Shown: positions 47,608 through 57,456, counted from the first letter of the stretch. The stretch: 64,000 nucleotides of DNA from Clostridium sp. (GCA_023664445.1 JAMPFN010000006.1:176-64175), one strand, 5' to 3'. Translations and numbers: made by a program. The notes: a model not told the origin generated them from the letters alone.

Positions 47608-48828
47608 ATGACACTTTTTGAGGAATTGCAGAGAAGAGGACTTCTTGCACAGCTTACAGACGAAGCGGAAATAAAGGAGCTTATCAACAATGGAAAAGCT
47701 ACCTTCTACATAGGCTTCGATCCTACTGCCGATTCGCTCCATGTGGGACATTTCATGGCTCTCTGCCTTATGAAAAGACTTCAGGACGCAGGCAACAAAC
47801 CTATCGCGCTGCTCGGCGGAGGTACGGCTATGATCGGAGATCCCTCCGGAAAATCCGACATGAGAAAAATGATGACAAGAGAAACTATCGGTCACAACGT
47901 CGAATGCTTCAAAAAGCAGATGAGCCGTTTTATCGACTTTTCCGACGATAAGGCTCTTATCGTAAACAATGCAGACTGGCTTCTTGACCTCAATTATATT
48001 GACGTACTGCGCGATGTCGGCGCGCATTTCAGCGTAAACAAAATGCTGACGTTCGAGTGCTACAAGCAGAGAATGGAAAGAGGTCTTACGTTCCTCGAAT
48101 TCAACTACATGATAATGCAGAGCTACGATTTCTACAAGCTTTACACCGACTACGGCTGCAATATGCAGTTCGGCGGCGACGATCAATGGGCAAACATGCT
48201 CGGAGGCACAGAGCTTATCAGAAAAAAACTCGGCAAGGACGCTTACGCTATGACTATAACCCTGCTGCTAAATTCCGAGGGCAAAAAAATGGGTAAAACC
48301 GAAAAGGGCGCGGTGTGGCTCGATGCGGAAAAAACCACTCCTTACGAGTTTTATCAATACTGGAGAAACGTTTCCGACGCAGACGTTATCAAGTGCCTTA
48401 AAATGCTGACGTTTGTTCCTATCGAAGAAATCGAGGATATGGAACGGAACATGGAAGGCGCCGAATACAACAAGGCTAAAACGCTCCTTGCATACGAACT
48501 TACAAAGCTTGTACACGGAAAGGAAGAGGCGGATAAGGCGGACGCTGCTGCAAAAGCTGTCTTTTCAGGCAGCGGAGTAAGCGACGATATGCCGACGACC
48601 GAGCTTTCAAACGACGATCTTACGGACGGTAAAATCGGACTTCTGACTCTCCTTGTAAAAGCCGGTCTTGCGGCTTCAAACGGCGAAGCAAGACGTCTTG
48701 TGCAGCAGGGCGGCGTTTCGGCAGACAATGAAAAAATAACCGATCCGACAACGCATATTTCATTTGAAAACGGCGAGGTTATAATCAAAAAGGGTAAAAA
48801 GGTTTTCCATAAAGTTGTAATCAAATAA
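47608..48828 (+). CDS. tyrS: tyrosyl-tRNA synthetase
   Basis: GFDPTADSLHVGH, QFGGDDQW, KMGKT and a C-terminal S4 domain. Confidence 0.96.
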   Translation: MTLFEELQRRGLLAQLTDEAEIKELINNGKATFYIGFDPTADSLHVGHFMALCLMKRLQDAGNKPIALLGGGTAMIGDPSGKSDMRKMMTRETIGHNVECFKKQMSRFIDFSDDKALIVNNADWLLDLNYIDVLRDVGAHFSVNKMLTFECYKQRMERGLTFLEFNYMIMQSYDFYKLYTDYGCNMQFGGDDQWANMLGGTELIRKKLGKDAYAMTITLLLNSEGKKMGKTEKGAVWLDAEKTTPYEFYQYWRNVSDADVIKCLKMLTFVPIEEIEDMERNMEGAEYNKAKTLLAYELTKLVHGKEEADKADAAAKAVFSGSGVSDDMPTTELSNDDLTDGKIGLLTLLVKAGLAASNGEARRLVQQGGVSADNEKITDPTTHISFENGEVIIKKGKKVFHKVVIK

Positions 48829-48894
48829 GAACCTGTCTTCATAAGATATGTGTGCGGATTTTTATGTACATACGCTTGTGAAGACTGGTTCTAA
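48826..48894. mobile_element. ~69-bp family-1 MITE
   Basis: TAA-GAACCTGTCTTCATAAG ... CTTGTGAAGACTGGTTC-TAA. The left TAA is the tyrS stop codon. Confidence 0.7.
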
Positions 48895-48914
48895 AATACC
48901 AAAAGGAGGATATC

Positions 48915-51842
48915 ATGTTAAAAATAAGAAAAAGGCTTTTGTCAGCTGCTGCAAGCGCAGCTATGGCATTATCCTGTATCGCAGGAACAACCTTGGGTCA
49001 GGGAGTTTCCGCGGCACAGACCGATTGGAAATTCGATTTCGGCGCTAACGCGCAAAGCGGCTATACAAGCGTAAGCGCATCGCAGGGCTACAACACTTCA
49101 AACGGATACGGATTCAGAAACACGTCAGGCGTCAAGGACGTTTCAGCTCCCGGAAGCGGCGCTCTAAGCGACGCGGTACAGTTTACCGATACTGAAAACG
49201 ATAACAATACTTTCGACGTCGATCTGCCGAACGGTCTTTACCGGGTATCGGTCACATTGGGACAGACAAACCGTACCAGCGTTTACATGGAAGGAATGCT
49301 TCAAATCGTAAACATGACAGGAAACAACGCTGTCGATTCCATTCTTATCCCTGTTACGGACGGTCAGCTGAACGTTCGCGCTGCGGCAGGAAAAGAAGGA
49401 TATCCGTTTACGATCAGCGCGCTTGAAATAAAACAGGTTTCAACCGATCCCGCAATGCCTAAAACGGTATGGATGTGCGGCGACTCAACGGTCTGCAACT
49501 ACTATCCGAAAGATACAAGCGTTCAAGCCGGCTGGGGACAGGTGCTGGATCAGTTTATCGACAGTTCGTGGACGATCCGTAATATGGCGGCAAGCGGTCA
49601 GTACGCTAAAGGTTTTGTCGAAGCGGGTCAGTTCGACGCTATCGAATATTACGGCAAAGCCGGAGATATTTATATCATTTCGATCGGCATTAACGATACA
49701 AATTATTCAAATGAAACGGAATATTACAATACCGTGACCGATATGACAAAAAAAGCCAAAGCTAAAGGCATGGAGGTCATTCTTGTAAAGCAGCAGGGCA
49801 GAAACGGCGACGCGACAAGAAAACCGCTCCTTACCGGACGCTGGTTCGGAGGCGCACTTGACAAGATCGGTACGGAACAGGACGTTCAGGTGATAGACCT
49901 GTTCACGCCTTGGCAGAATCACTGTATTTCCATCGGCGAAACTGCCACAACCGCTCTTTACATGGAAAACGATACTCTTCATCCCAACCGTCAGGGAGCG
50001 TTAAAGCTCGCTGAATTTGCCGCTGAACAGATCGACTGGAATTCAGAAGAAGCTGTTCCGGAAGGCGCAGAAATTGCTGAAAACACTACATATCGGTTCA
50101 GAAATAAAAACAGCGGCATGTATCTGTATGCAGAAACCTATACAAAAGCATGCAATGTTTCACAATATTCTACCTTATCCCTCGATGAACAGTCTATCTG
50201 GACGGTAAAAAAAGCAGACGACGGCTATTACCGCATATACAGTCAGATAGACAAGGGACAGTATCTGCTTGATCTTGATATGGGCAAATCCGATAACGGT
50301 ACAAACATCGGCGTCTATGAAGATACAAAGTCTGACGCTCAGCTTTTCAAATTCGTTGACAACAAAGACGGAAGCTACTGCATTACCACCAAAAACAGCA
50401 AGGATAAATCATGCGTTGAGGTAAAAGACGCTCTTGATTATAATTTTGCAAACATTCAGCAATGGGAAATAAACGGTCACGCATGTCAGTCGTGGATCCT
50501 TGAACCTGTAACCTATACAGGAAAAGGCAGTTCGATCACAGTCGGCGATCTCAACAACGACGGCGTTATAAACGTAATTGACAGCGTACTTATAAAGCGT
50601 TATGCGGCAGGCAAGCCAAACGGAAACCGCCATAATGCCGATACAAATGCGGACGGAATTGTCGACGGCAGCGACGTCGAAGCTATTTCCAAATACATCA
50701 TTAAAACCGAAAAAACATTTGAAGCTGTTGAAAAGCGCAGTTCGTTCTACTATGCAAACGAGGCTTCGTTCAGCATGGGCGTTAAGGAATCCGAAAACAA
50801 AGGTTTTAAAAAGGATTCGTATGTGAATCTGGACAACAAGGTCGGAAGCTATATTCATTGGCTTCCATATGCGCCCGAGGACGGAAATTATCTCTGTACA
50901 TTCAGTATTGCCAACGCCAGCGAAGCGAACCGTTCCATGAAAATTGAAGTAAACGAGGGCGAGGATTACTGGATTCAGGATTTTCTCACGACCGGTTCAT
51001 GGACGACATGGAATACAAGAGGCATTGTTCTTCCGCTTAAAAAGGGTATCAACCGTATCCGTATGACTTCCAATACCGAACAAGGCGGTCCGAACATCGA
51101 TACGCTTTACATTGAAAAAACAGAAGAGCCTGTTGCAGAAACTTATATTCCAAACCAAGACCCTGTTCCCGATCCGCCGAGCAATGATCCGGTAGTTTAT
51201 ATTGCAGGAGATTCTACCGTACAGACCTACCGTGCAAGCGCGGCACCTCAACAGGGTTGGGGCGCATATCTGAATGATTATCTGCCGGAAAATTATACGG
51301 TATCTAATCACGCAATTGCAGGAAGAAGCTCTAAAAGCTTTTACGACAACGGACGTCTTGACACCATCTTAAACGAAATGAAAGCCGGAGATTATCTGCT
51401 TGTACAGTTCGGCATAAACGATTCCGCATACAACAACGCTGAAAGATATGCTCCTGTAAGCGGTACTGTTCCCGGCGCGGAGGGAAGCTTTGAATACTAC
51501 ATTTCCAAATACATTGAAGGCGCACAGGAAAAAGGCGGAAATCCTATACTGGTAACCACCGTACTTGGTCTTAAAGCATACAACAACAGTACTAAAAAAT
51601 TTGAAGGCAGCTATCAGAATTACTGTAACGCTATGAAAAAGCTTGCGGCACATTATAATATCCCCTGCATCGATCTTAACTCGCTCATGGTAGACCACTA
51701 TAATTCTATCGGCTATGACGCCGCGTACAATTATCACCTCATCTCGACCGAGCTTTCCGATACGGACATGACGCATTTTACTGAAACGGGCGCTAAAGCG
51801 GTCGCAAAGCTTGTAGCAGATAAACTTAACGGATTATTATAA
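48915..51842 (+). CDS. cellulosomal multimodular rhamnogalacturonan acetylesterase: beta-sandwich, CE12(SGNH), ricin/CBM13, dockerin, CBM35, CE12(SGNH)
   Basis: Signal peptide; two GDSTV...DxxH SGNH domains (GDSTVCNY/DTLH and GDSTVQTY/DMTH); QxW ricin repeats; duplicated Ca-binding loop GDLNNDGVINVID...ADTNADGIVDGSD; CBM35-like WTTW...GPNID. Confidence 0.88.
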   Translation: MLKIRKRLLSAAASAAMALSCIAGTTLGQGVSAAQTDWKFDFGANAQSGYTSVSASQGYNTSNGYGFRNTSGVKDVSAPGSGALSDAVQFTDTENDNNTFDVDLPNGLYRVSVTLGQTNRTSVYMEGMLQIVNMTGNNAVDSILIPVTDGQLNVRAAAGKEGYPFTISALEIKQVSTDPAMPKTVWMCGDSTVCNYYPKDTSVQAGWGQVLDQFIDSSWTIRNMAASGQYAKGFVEAGQFDAIEYYGKAGDIYIISIGINDTNYSNETEYYNTVTDMTKKAKAKGMEVILVKQQGRNGDATRKPLLTGRWFGGALDKIGTEQDVQVIDLFTPWQNHCISIGETATTALYMENDTLHPNRQGALKLAEFAAEQIDWNSEEAVPEGAEIAENTTYRFRNKNSGMYLYAETYTKACNVSQYSTLSLDEQSIWTVKKADDGYYRIYSQIDKGQYLLDLDMGKSDNGTNIGVYEDTKSDAQLFKFVDNKDGSYCITTKNSKDKSCVEVKDALDYNFANIQQWEINGHACQSWILEPVTYTGKGSSITVGDLNNDGVINVIDSVLIKRYAAGKPNGNRHNADTNADGIVDGSDVEAISKYIIKTEKTFEAVEKRSSFYYANEASFSMGVKESENKGFKKDSYVNLDNKVGSYIHWLPYAPEDGNYLCTFSIANASEANRSMKIEVNEGEDYWIQDFLTTGSWTTWNTRGIVLPLKKGINRIRMTSNTEQGGPNIDTLYIEKTEEPVAETYIPNQDPVPDPPSNDPVVYIAGDSTVQTYRASAAPQQGWGAYLNDYLPENYTVSNHAIAGRSSKSFYDNGRLDTILNEMKAGDYLLVQFGINDSAYNNAERYAPVSGTVPGAEGSFEYYISKYIEGAQEKGGNPILVTTVLGLKAYNNSTKKFEGSYQNYCNAMKKLAAHYNIPCIDLNSLMVDHYNSIGYDAAYNYHLISTELSDTDMTHFTETGAKAVAKLVADKLNGLL

Positions 51843-51851
51843 TCAAGGTAT

Positions 51852-52017
51852 TAAGAGCCTGTGTTCATAGAAATTTGCATACGTCTTTTCGGCAAATTTT
51901 CCTGATATACTGCGTTAATTTTTCTTGCCATACGCCGGTACCTGCAAAAAATTGCCTTGTTCTCAGAAAAATTATGCACGAAAATCCCGCATGACCTTCT
52001 ATAAACACAGGCTCTAA
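51852..52017. mobile_element. ~165-bp family-1 MITE
   Basis: TAA-GAGCCTGTGTTCATAGAA ... TTCTATAAACACAGGCTC-TAA, with a 3-bp TAA duplication. Interior is homologous to 29318..29481. Confidence 0.85.
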
Positions 52018-52036
52018 AATACATAGGTATGTCAAT

Positions 52037-52080
52037 AAAAGTTCAGGTCAAGCCTTTTTAAAGGCTTGACCTGAACTTTT
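52037..52080. terminator. bidirectional terminator between the CE12 gene and the feo operon
   Basis: Perfect 18-bp arms AAAAGTTCAGGTCAAGCC / GGCTTGACCTGAACTTTT. Confidence 0.8.
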
Positions 52081-52104
52081 TATGAGAAGAATTTTATTTT
52101 GGCG

Positions 52105-52248
52105 TTATCTATCATGACGGCATTTATCGCAATGCTTTGCGTCGGGACAGCCAATGCAATGCGCGCCTTTTTTCTTTGATCTGTATATGTATACCGAAAT
52201 AGACGACACAATAGCAGCCACAATAAGAATAATAATTATATTTTCCAT
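52105..52248 (-). CDS. FeoB-associated Cys-rich membrane protein (47 aa, not in the ORF track)
   Basis: MENIIIILIVAAIVSSISVYIYRSKKKGAHCIGCPDAKHCDKCRHDR, with an AGGAG RBS, directly after feoB. Confidence 0.85.
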   Translation of the reverse strand: MENIIIILIVAAIVSSISVYIYRSKKKGAHCIGCPDAKHCDKCRHDR

Positions 52249-52266
52249 ATTTTCTCCTTACTGCCG

Positions 52267-54270
52267 TTAAGCTGTTTTACCCAATGCGTATTCAAGCTTC
52301 AGATTTTTATTTGAACGATTGATAAGGAATACGATGAAGCCGACAATAATAGCTTCAATAACAAGTCCCACCAAAGCAGCTCCTGCATTTAACATCTCGG
52401 GAGCAGTAATGAGAGTGCCTATTGTATAAACGAGATAGCCTACTGTGTAACCTGTAGCTAACTGGAAACCTATACCGCCCCATACCCATTTTGCTGATTT
52501 CATTTCAGAATTCATAGCGCCGATAGCGGCAAAGCACGGAGGAGTAAACAGATTGAACATCAGGTACGCAAGAGCCGCAACCTTTGTTATAGCCATAACT
52601 CCGGCAACTTCCGCGCCTGCCCCCTGCATAAGAGCAAGTTCTTCTGTGTCAATGAGATTTTCAAGTCCGACAAAGCATACTGCAAGAGTACCCACGACAT
52701 TTTCCTTGGCAATAAATCCCGTTACGGCAGCCGCCGCTAACTGCCAGCTAAGTACGCCCACAATAGGTACAAGTATGTATGCGAACGGACTTGCTATAGT
52801 GGCAAGAATAGAACTGTCTGCCGATTCCGCAACATGGAACGTCCAGTCGAATGACTGCATTATCTGAACTGCTGTGTTGCAGAGAAGAATGATCGTAGCC
52901 GCTTTTTTTATGTACGCCCAGCCGCGTCCGCACATTGATTTGAACGCGCCGAAAATCGTCGGGATCTTGTATTCGGGAAGTTCGATGATAAAGAATGATT
53001 TTCTGACTTTATAGCCTGTGATCTTGTTAATGAGAAGCGCGCCAATGAATATCAGTGCAATTCCCGAGAAGTACATGACTGCGCTTACCCAACCTGCCTC
53101 GTCGAAAAACGCTCCGGCAAAAAGTGCGATAACAGGTATCTTCGCACCGCACGGCATCATAGGCGTGAGCATAGCGGTCGCGCGTCTTTCACGTTCATTT
53201 TTGATAGTACGGCTTGCCATGATACCGGGAACGCCGCAGCCGATTCCTATAACAAACGGAATAACAGATTTTCCCGAAAGACCGACCTTTTTGAATATCG
53301 GGTCAAGCACTACCGCAACTCTCGACATGTAACCGCAGTCCTCAAGAAGCGCGATGAGAAAATACATTATCATTACAAGCGGCAAAAAACCGAGAACGGC
53401 TATAACGCCGCCAATTATACCGTCTACAAGCAGCGCCGACAGCAGAGGAGAAGCATTCTCCAAAAGTCCGCCTACCCATTCCTGGAAAGCTTCCAACCAA
53501 CCGACAAGCGTGTCGGCAATAAACGGTCCGACCCAGACCTGAGAGATCTGGAACACAAGAAACATAACGACCGCAAAAATCGGGATACCAAGCCATTTAT
53601 TTGTCAGAACGGAATCGATTTTATCGCCCGAGTTCTTATCTTTTGTCTTGACCTTACGCTTTTCGACTTCCTTGACGATACTGTTTACAAACTCAAAACG
53701 CTTTCTGTCAGCGTCCTCCACGACCTTTTTGTCATTTAAGTCAATATCGCCTTGAGTATAGGGAGCTTTTTGCTGTGTACCGGCTTGTGCCGCTGCCGCT
53801 TCAACCACCTTTTCAAGACCTTCCGCCGAGGTAGAAACTGTGTTTATTACAGGACAGCAAAGCTTTTCAGACAGCATTTCGGAATTTATCTTAGTTTCTT
53901 TTTTCTCGTTAATATCGAATTTGTTGAGCGCAACGACTACCGGTACGCCAAGCTCAAGAAGCTGTGTGGTAAAGAAAAGGCTTCGGCTTAAATTTGTCGC
54001 GTCTACGATGTTGATTATTACGTCGGGATTTTCCTTTTTGACGTATGAACTCGTAATACTTTCCTCACTCGTGAACGGTGACATTGAATAAGCTCCCGGC
54101 AAATCTACCGCGATAAGTTCTTTCTCTCCGCTGTAGGATTTCTTGATAAGATGCTCTTTTTTGTCAACCGTTACGCCCGCCCAGTTTCCGACTTTCGCAT
54201 TGCTTCCGGTAAGCGCGTTATACATAGTTGTTTTACCCGAGTTAGGGTTGCCTGTCAAGGCGATTCTCAT
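52267..54270 (-). CDS. feoB: ferrous iron transporter B
   Basis: GNPNSGKT, GNWAGVTV, DLPGAYS and NKFD G-domain motifs; gate motifs GCGVP and PCGAK. Confidence 0.96.
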   Translation of the reverse strand: MRIALTGNPNSGKTTMYNALTGSNAKVGNWAGVTVDKKEHLIKKSYSGEKELIAVDLPGAYSMSPFTSEESITSSYVKKENPDVIINIVDATNLSRSLFFTTQLLELGVPVVVALNKFDINEKKETKINSEMLSEKLCCPVINTVSTSAEGLEKVVEAAAAQAGTQQKAPYTQGDIDLNDKKVVEDADRKRFEFVNSIVKEVEKRKVKTKDKNSGDKIDSVLTNKWLGIPIFAVVMFLVFQISQVWVGPFIADTLVGWLEAFQEWVGGLLENASPLLSALLVDGIIGGVIAVLGFLPLVMIMYFLIALLEDCGYMSRVAVVLDPIFKKVGLSGKSVIPFVIGIGCGVPGIMASRTIKNERERRATAMLTPMMPCGAKIPVIALFAGAFFDEAGWVSAVMYFSGIALIFIGALLINKITGYKVRKSFFIIELPEYKIPTIFGAFKSMCGRGWAYIKKAATIILLCNTAVQIMQSFDWTFHVAESADSSILATIASPFAYILVPIVGVLSWQLAAAAVTGFIAKENVVGTLAVCFVGLENLIDTEELALMQGAGAEVAGVMAITKVAALAYLMFNLFTPPCFAAIGAMNSEMKSAKWVWGGIGFQLATGYTVGYLVYTIGTLITAPEMLNAGAALVGLVIEAIIVGFIVFLINRSNKNLKLEYALGKTA

Positions 54271-54379
54271 ATAAATTCCTCCTTGTATTTAGTTGCTATA
54301 AGCTAACTTTGGTGCGTGATAATTGCTGTTCTAATAAAAACAGCAATTGACTCCTTGATTTTTTTAAAGCTTTTTTCCG

Positions 54380-54595
54380 TCAGCAGATCTCTATCGCCTT
54401 TGCAAGCTGATTGTCTATATTGTATCTGCCGTCTTTTATGGAAACAACGCAGCCGCCTTTCAAATGCGAAACTACAGTTATAGTTTCGCCGCTGTAGCAG
54501 CCCAAAGAAAACAAAAATGAACTTAGCTCTTCATCGTCGGCATTGATTTCCTTGATAGTATATTCCTGTCCGTCCAAAGCCTCAAACAATGTCAT
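54380..54595 (-). CDS. feoA: ferrous iron transport protein A
   Basis: SH3-like, LFSLGCYSGE and GRYNID..LA motifs; upstream of feoB. Confidence 0.85.
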   Translation of the reverse strand: MTLFEALDGQEYTIKEINADDEELSSFLFSLGCYSGETITVVSHLKGGCVVSIKDGRYNIDNQLAKAIEIC

Positions 54596-54625
54596 TCTTA
54601 TCACCACCTGTTGACAAAGTTTAAA

Positions 54626-54641
54626 TTAGTTAAAGCTAACT
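54626..54641. promoter_or_regulatory. putative metal-repressor (DtxR/MntR-like) operator
   Basis: TTAGTTAAAGCTAACT palindrome just downstream of the feoA promoter. Related half-sites at 54288..54308, upstream of feoB. Confidence 0.45.
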
Positions 54642-54651
54642 CGACTTTAAT

Positions 54652-54681
54652 ATTATACATTATAAAATTCATGTTTGTCAA
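54652..54681 (-). promoter_or_regulatory. sigma-A promoter for feoA-feoB
   Basis: Minus strand TTGACA-18 bp-TATAAT. Confidence 0.7.
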
Positions 54682-55074
54682 TAGAGCGCAGAAAAATTGT
54701 GAATTATTCACAAACAAAACCGCCGTTACAAACTTAAACATAGCAAAACAGCACATAAAATACGCCGTTTCTCGAATATTCATCGTAATGCCTCCTATAT
54801 ATAATAAAATTTAACAGCAAATTTACTCAAAACATTTACAGCGACTTTCACTACACTATAACATTAATTATACAAAAATCAATGGATTTGCATTATTTGA
54901 TCGATTTTCGACACCAAATGGTCAATTATCGACAGCTAAACTCTTCCAACATTCTATGACATTACCTTTTCTTTACATTATGTTGTGTCCCCGGGGACAC
55001 AATTTTTATTTACATATTTTGAGTTATAGTCTGATTTTTTCATGCGGTTGCCCTGCTAACATGCTCTGAATTTA

Positions 55075-55102
55075 TTGACATATTTTTTGAAAGTGGTATA
55101 AT
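55075..55102 (+). promoter_or_regulatory. sigma-A promoter for nfnAB
   Basis: TTGACA-16 bp-TATAAT. Confidence 0.65.
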
Positions 55103-55209
55103 GTATTTTGTACAATTTGTTGAAATTGTTTTTTTGTACAAGTTCTATTGCAAATCGCATGAATTTATGATATAATTATTATAAATGTATTTATTAGGAG
55201 AGTTGTGTT

Positions 55210-56034
55210 ATGTTTAAAATTGTTCATAAACGTGTGCTGAATCCCGCTGTTGTGCTTATGGATATTGAAGCGCCTTTTATTGCAAAGAAGGCAAAAGCAG
55301 GACAATTCATCATTTTCAGAATAGACGAAAAGGGCGAAAGAGTTCCGCTTACTATCGCAGGCTACGACAGAGAAAACGGTACTATAACAATAATATTCCA
55401 GATCGTCGGAGCTACTACCGAACAGCTTGCCGCGCTTAACGAAGGCGATGCTCTGCTCGATGTCGCAGGTCCCCTCGGTATACCGACGCATATCGGCGAA
55501 AATGCAAAGAAAGTATGCGTTATCGGCGGCGGCGTAGGCTGCGCTATCGCATATCCCCAAGCTAAAGAGCTTTTTGAAAAAGGTCTTGAGGTCGACGTTA
55601 TTACCGGCTTCAGAAGCAAGGATATAATTATCCTTGAAGAGGAATTCAAACAAACATCGTCCAATCTCATAGTCTGTACAGACGACGGAAGCTACGGAAA
55701 AAAAGGCTTCGTGACGGACGCTTTGAAAGAACTGATAGACGCCGGAAACAAATATGACGCGGTTATCGCTATCGGACCTGTGCCGATGATGAAATTTGTC
55801 TGTGCCGTTACAAAGCCTTACGGAATAAAGACTATCGTTTCGCTCAATCCTATAATGATCGACGGAACAGGAATGTGCGGCGGCTGCCGTGTCACAGTCG
55901 GCGGAAAGATCAGATACGCCTGCGTTGACGGTCCCGACTTTGACGGTCACGAAGTCGATTTTGACGAACTTATGAAGAGAAATTCCACATACAGAGAGCA
56001 GGAACACGAATGCCGAATGCTCAAAAACGCTTAA
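55210..56034 (+). CDS. nfnA: NfnA/SudB: FAD/NAD-binding [2Fe-2S] subunit of ferredoxin:NADP+ transhydrogenase
   Basis: ERVPLT, GPLG, GGGVG and DGTGMCGGCR...CVDGP motifs. Confidence 0.85.
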   Translation: MFKIVHKRVLNPAVVLMDIEAPFIAKKAKAGQFIIFRIDEKGERVPLTIAGYDRENGTITIIFQIVGATTEQLAALNEGDALLDVAGPLGIPTHIGENAKKVCVIGGGVGCAIAYPQAKELFEKGLEVDVITGFRSKDIIILEEEFKQTSSNLIVCTDDGSYGKKGFVTDALKELIDAGNKYDAVIAIGPVPMMKFVCAVTKPYGIKTIVSLNPIMIDGTGMCGGCRVTVGGKIRYACVDGPDFDGHEVDFDELMKRNSTYREQEHECRMLKNA

Positions 56035-56054
56035 TAAACAGGGGGAAATTTACT

Positions 56055-57443
56055 ATGGCTAATATGGCATTAAATAAAGTTACCATGCCCGAACAGGATC
56101 CTAAGGTAAGGGCAAGGAATTTTGAAGAGGTAACTCTCGGATATACCGAAGATATGGCTGTTGAGGAAGCGCAGAGATGCCTCGGCTGCAAACACAAGCC
56201 CTGTATGACAGGCTGTCCGGTAAGCGTGAGGATTCCAGAATTCATCGCCAAGGTCGCTGAAAGAGATTTTGAAGGCGCATACGAGATCATCACTTCAACC
56301 AATTCTCTTCCGGCTGTCTGCGGACGCGTGTGTCCGCAGGAAAATCAGTGCGAGGGCAAATGCGTAAGAGGCATAAAAGGTGAACCGGTCGCGATAGGAC
56401 GTCTTGAAAGATTCGTTGCCGACTATATGATGGACAAAGCTGCCTCGGCTTCAAAGCCCGAATCTAACGGTCACAAGGTTGCGGTTGTCGGCGCAGGACC
56501 TTCCGGTCTTACCTGTGCCGGAGATCTTGCTAAGCTTGGCTATAAGGTGACTATATTTGAAGCGTTCCATACGGCAGGCGGTGTGCTTATGTACGGTATT
56601 CCCGAATTCAGGCTTCCGAAATCCATAGTTCAAAAAGAGATAACCAAGCTTAAAGATCTGGGCGTTGAAATAATGCAGGATATGGTGATCGGAAAGGTTC
56701 TTTCGGTAGACGAGATCATGGATATGGGATATGAAGCCGTATTCATCGGTTCCGGCGCGGGACTTCCGAGATTTATGGGCATAGAGGGCGAATCGCTTAT
56801 CGGCGTATGCTCCGCAAACGAATACCTTACAAGAATAAATCTCATGAAAGGCTATCTTGACGACTATGCAACGCCTGTTATCAAATCGGGTGCGGTCGCT
56901 GTCGTCGGCGGCGGAAACGTCGCTATGGACGCTGCAAGAAGCGCTCTCCGAATGGGCGCGGAACATGTTTACATAGTTTACAGACGTTCCGAAGCTGAAA
57001 TGCCGGCAAGAAAAGAAGAGGTACACCACGCTAAGGAAGAAGGCGTTGAATTCCTCAATCTTAACAATCCCGTTAAGATACTTGCGGATGAAAACGGAAG
57101 AGTCTGCGCTATGGAATGTATCAAAATGGAGCTTGGCGAGGCTGACGAAAGCGGCAGAAGAAGTCCTGTTCCCGTTGAGGGCTCAAACTATGAGCTTAAA
57201 GTAGATACCGTCATTATGGCTATCGGCACATCTCCGAATCCGCTTATCAGAACTACGACCCACGGAATTGAAGCCAACAAAAGAGGCTGTCTGATCGTTG
57301 ACGAGGATATGCTCACAACAAGAGAGGGCGTTTATGCCGGCGGCGACGCCGTAACAGGCGCGGCAACAGTTATTCTTGCGATGGGTGCAGGAAAAACAGC
57401 CGCAAAGTCCATTGACGAATACATTAAGTCCAAAAACAAATAA
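56055..57443 (+). CDS. nfnB: NfnB/SudA (GltD homologue) NADPH-dependent subunit
   Basis: CLGC..PC..GCP and CGRVCPQE..C Fe-S motifs; GAGPSG, GGGNVAMD and GGDAVTG; paired with nfnA and no gltB nearby. Confidence 0.85.
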   Translation: MANMALNKVTMPEQDPKVRARNFEEVTLGYTEDMAVEEAQRCLGCKHKPCMTGCPVSVRIPEFIAKVAERDFEGAYEIITSTNSLPAVCGRVCPQENQCEGKCVRGIKGEPVAIGRLERFVADYMMDKAASASKPESNGHKVAVVGAGPSGLTCAGDLAKLGYKVTIFEAFHTAGGVLMYGIPEFRLPKSIVQKEITKLKDLGVEIMQDMVIGKVLSVDEIMDMGYEAVFIGSGAGLPRFMGIEGESLIGVCSANEYLTRINLMKGYLDDYATPVIKSGAVAVVGGGNVAMDAARSALRMGAEHVYIVYRRSEAEMPARKEEVHHAKEEGVEFLNLNNPVKILADENGRVCAMECIKMELGEADESGRRSPVPVEGSNYELKVDTVIMAIGTSPNPLIRTTTHGIEANKRGCLIVDEDMLTTREGVYAGGDAVTGAATVILAMGAGKTAAKSIDEYIKSKNK

Positions 57444-57456
57444 CGGAGGTCATTGA

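Noticed and set aside
56055-57443. Annotation as glutamate synthase small subunit
   Set aside because: No large subunit is nearby, and pairing with an NfnA-type gene indicates NfnAB.
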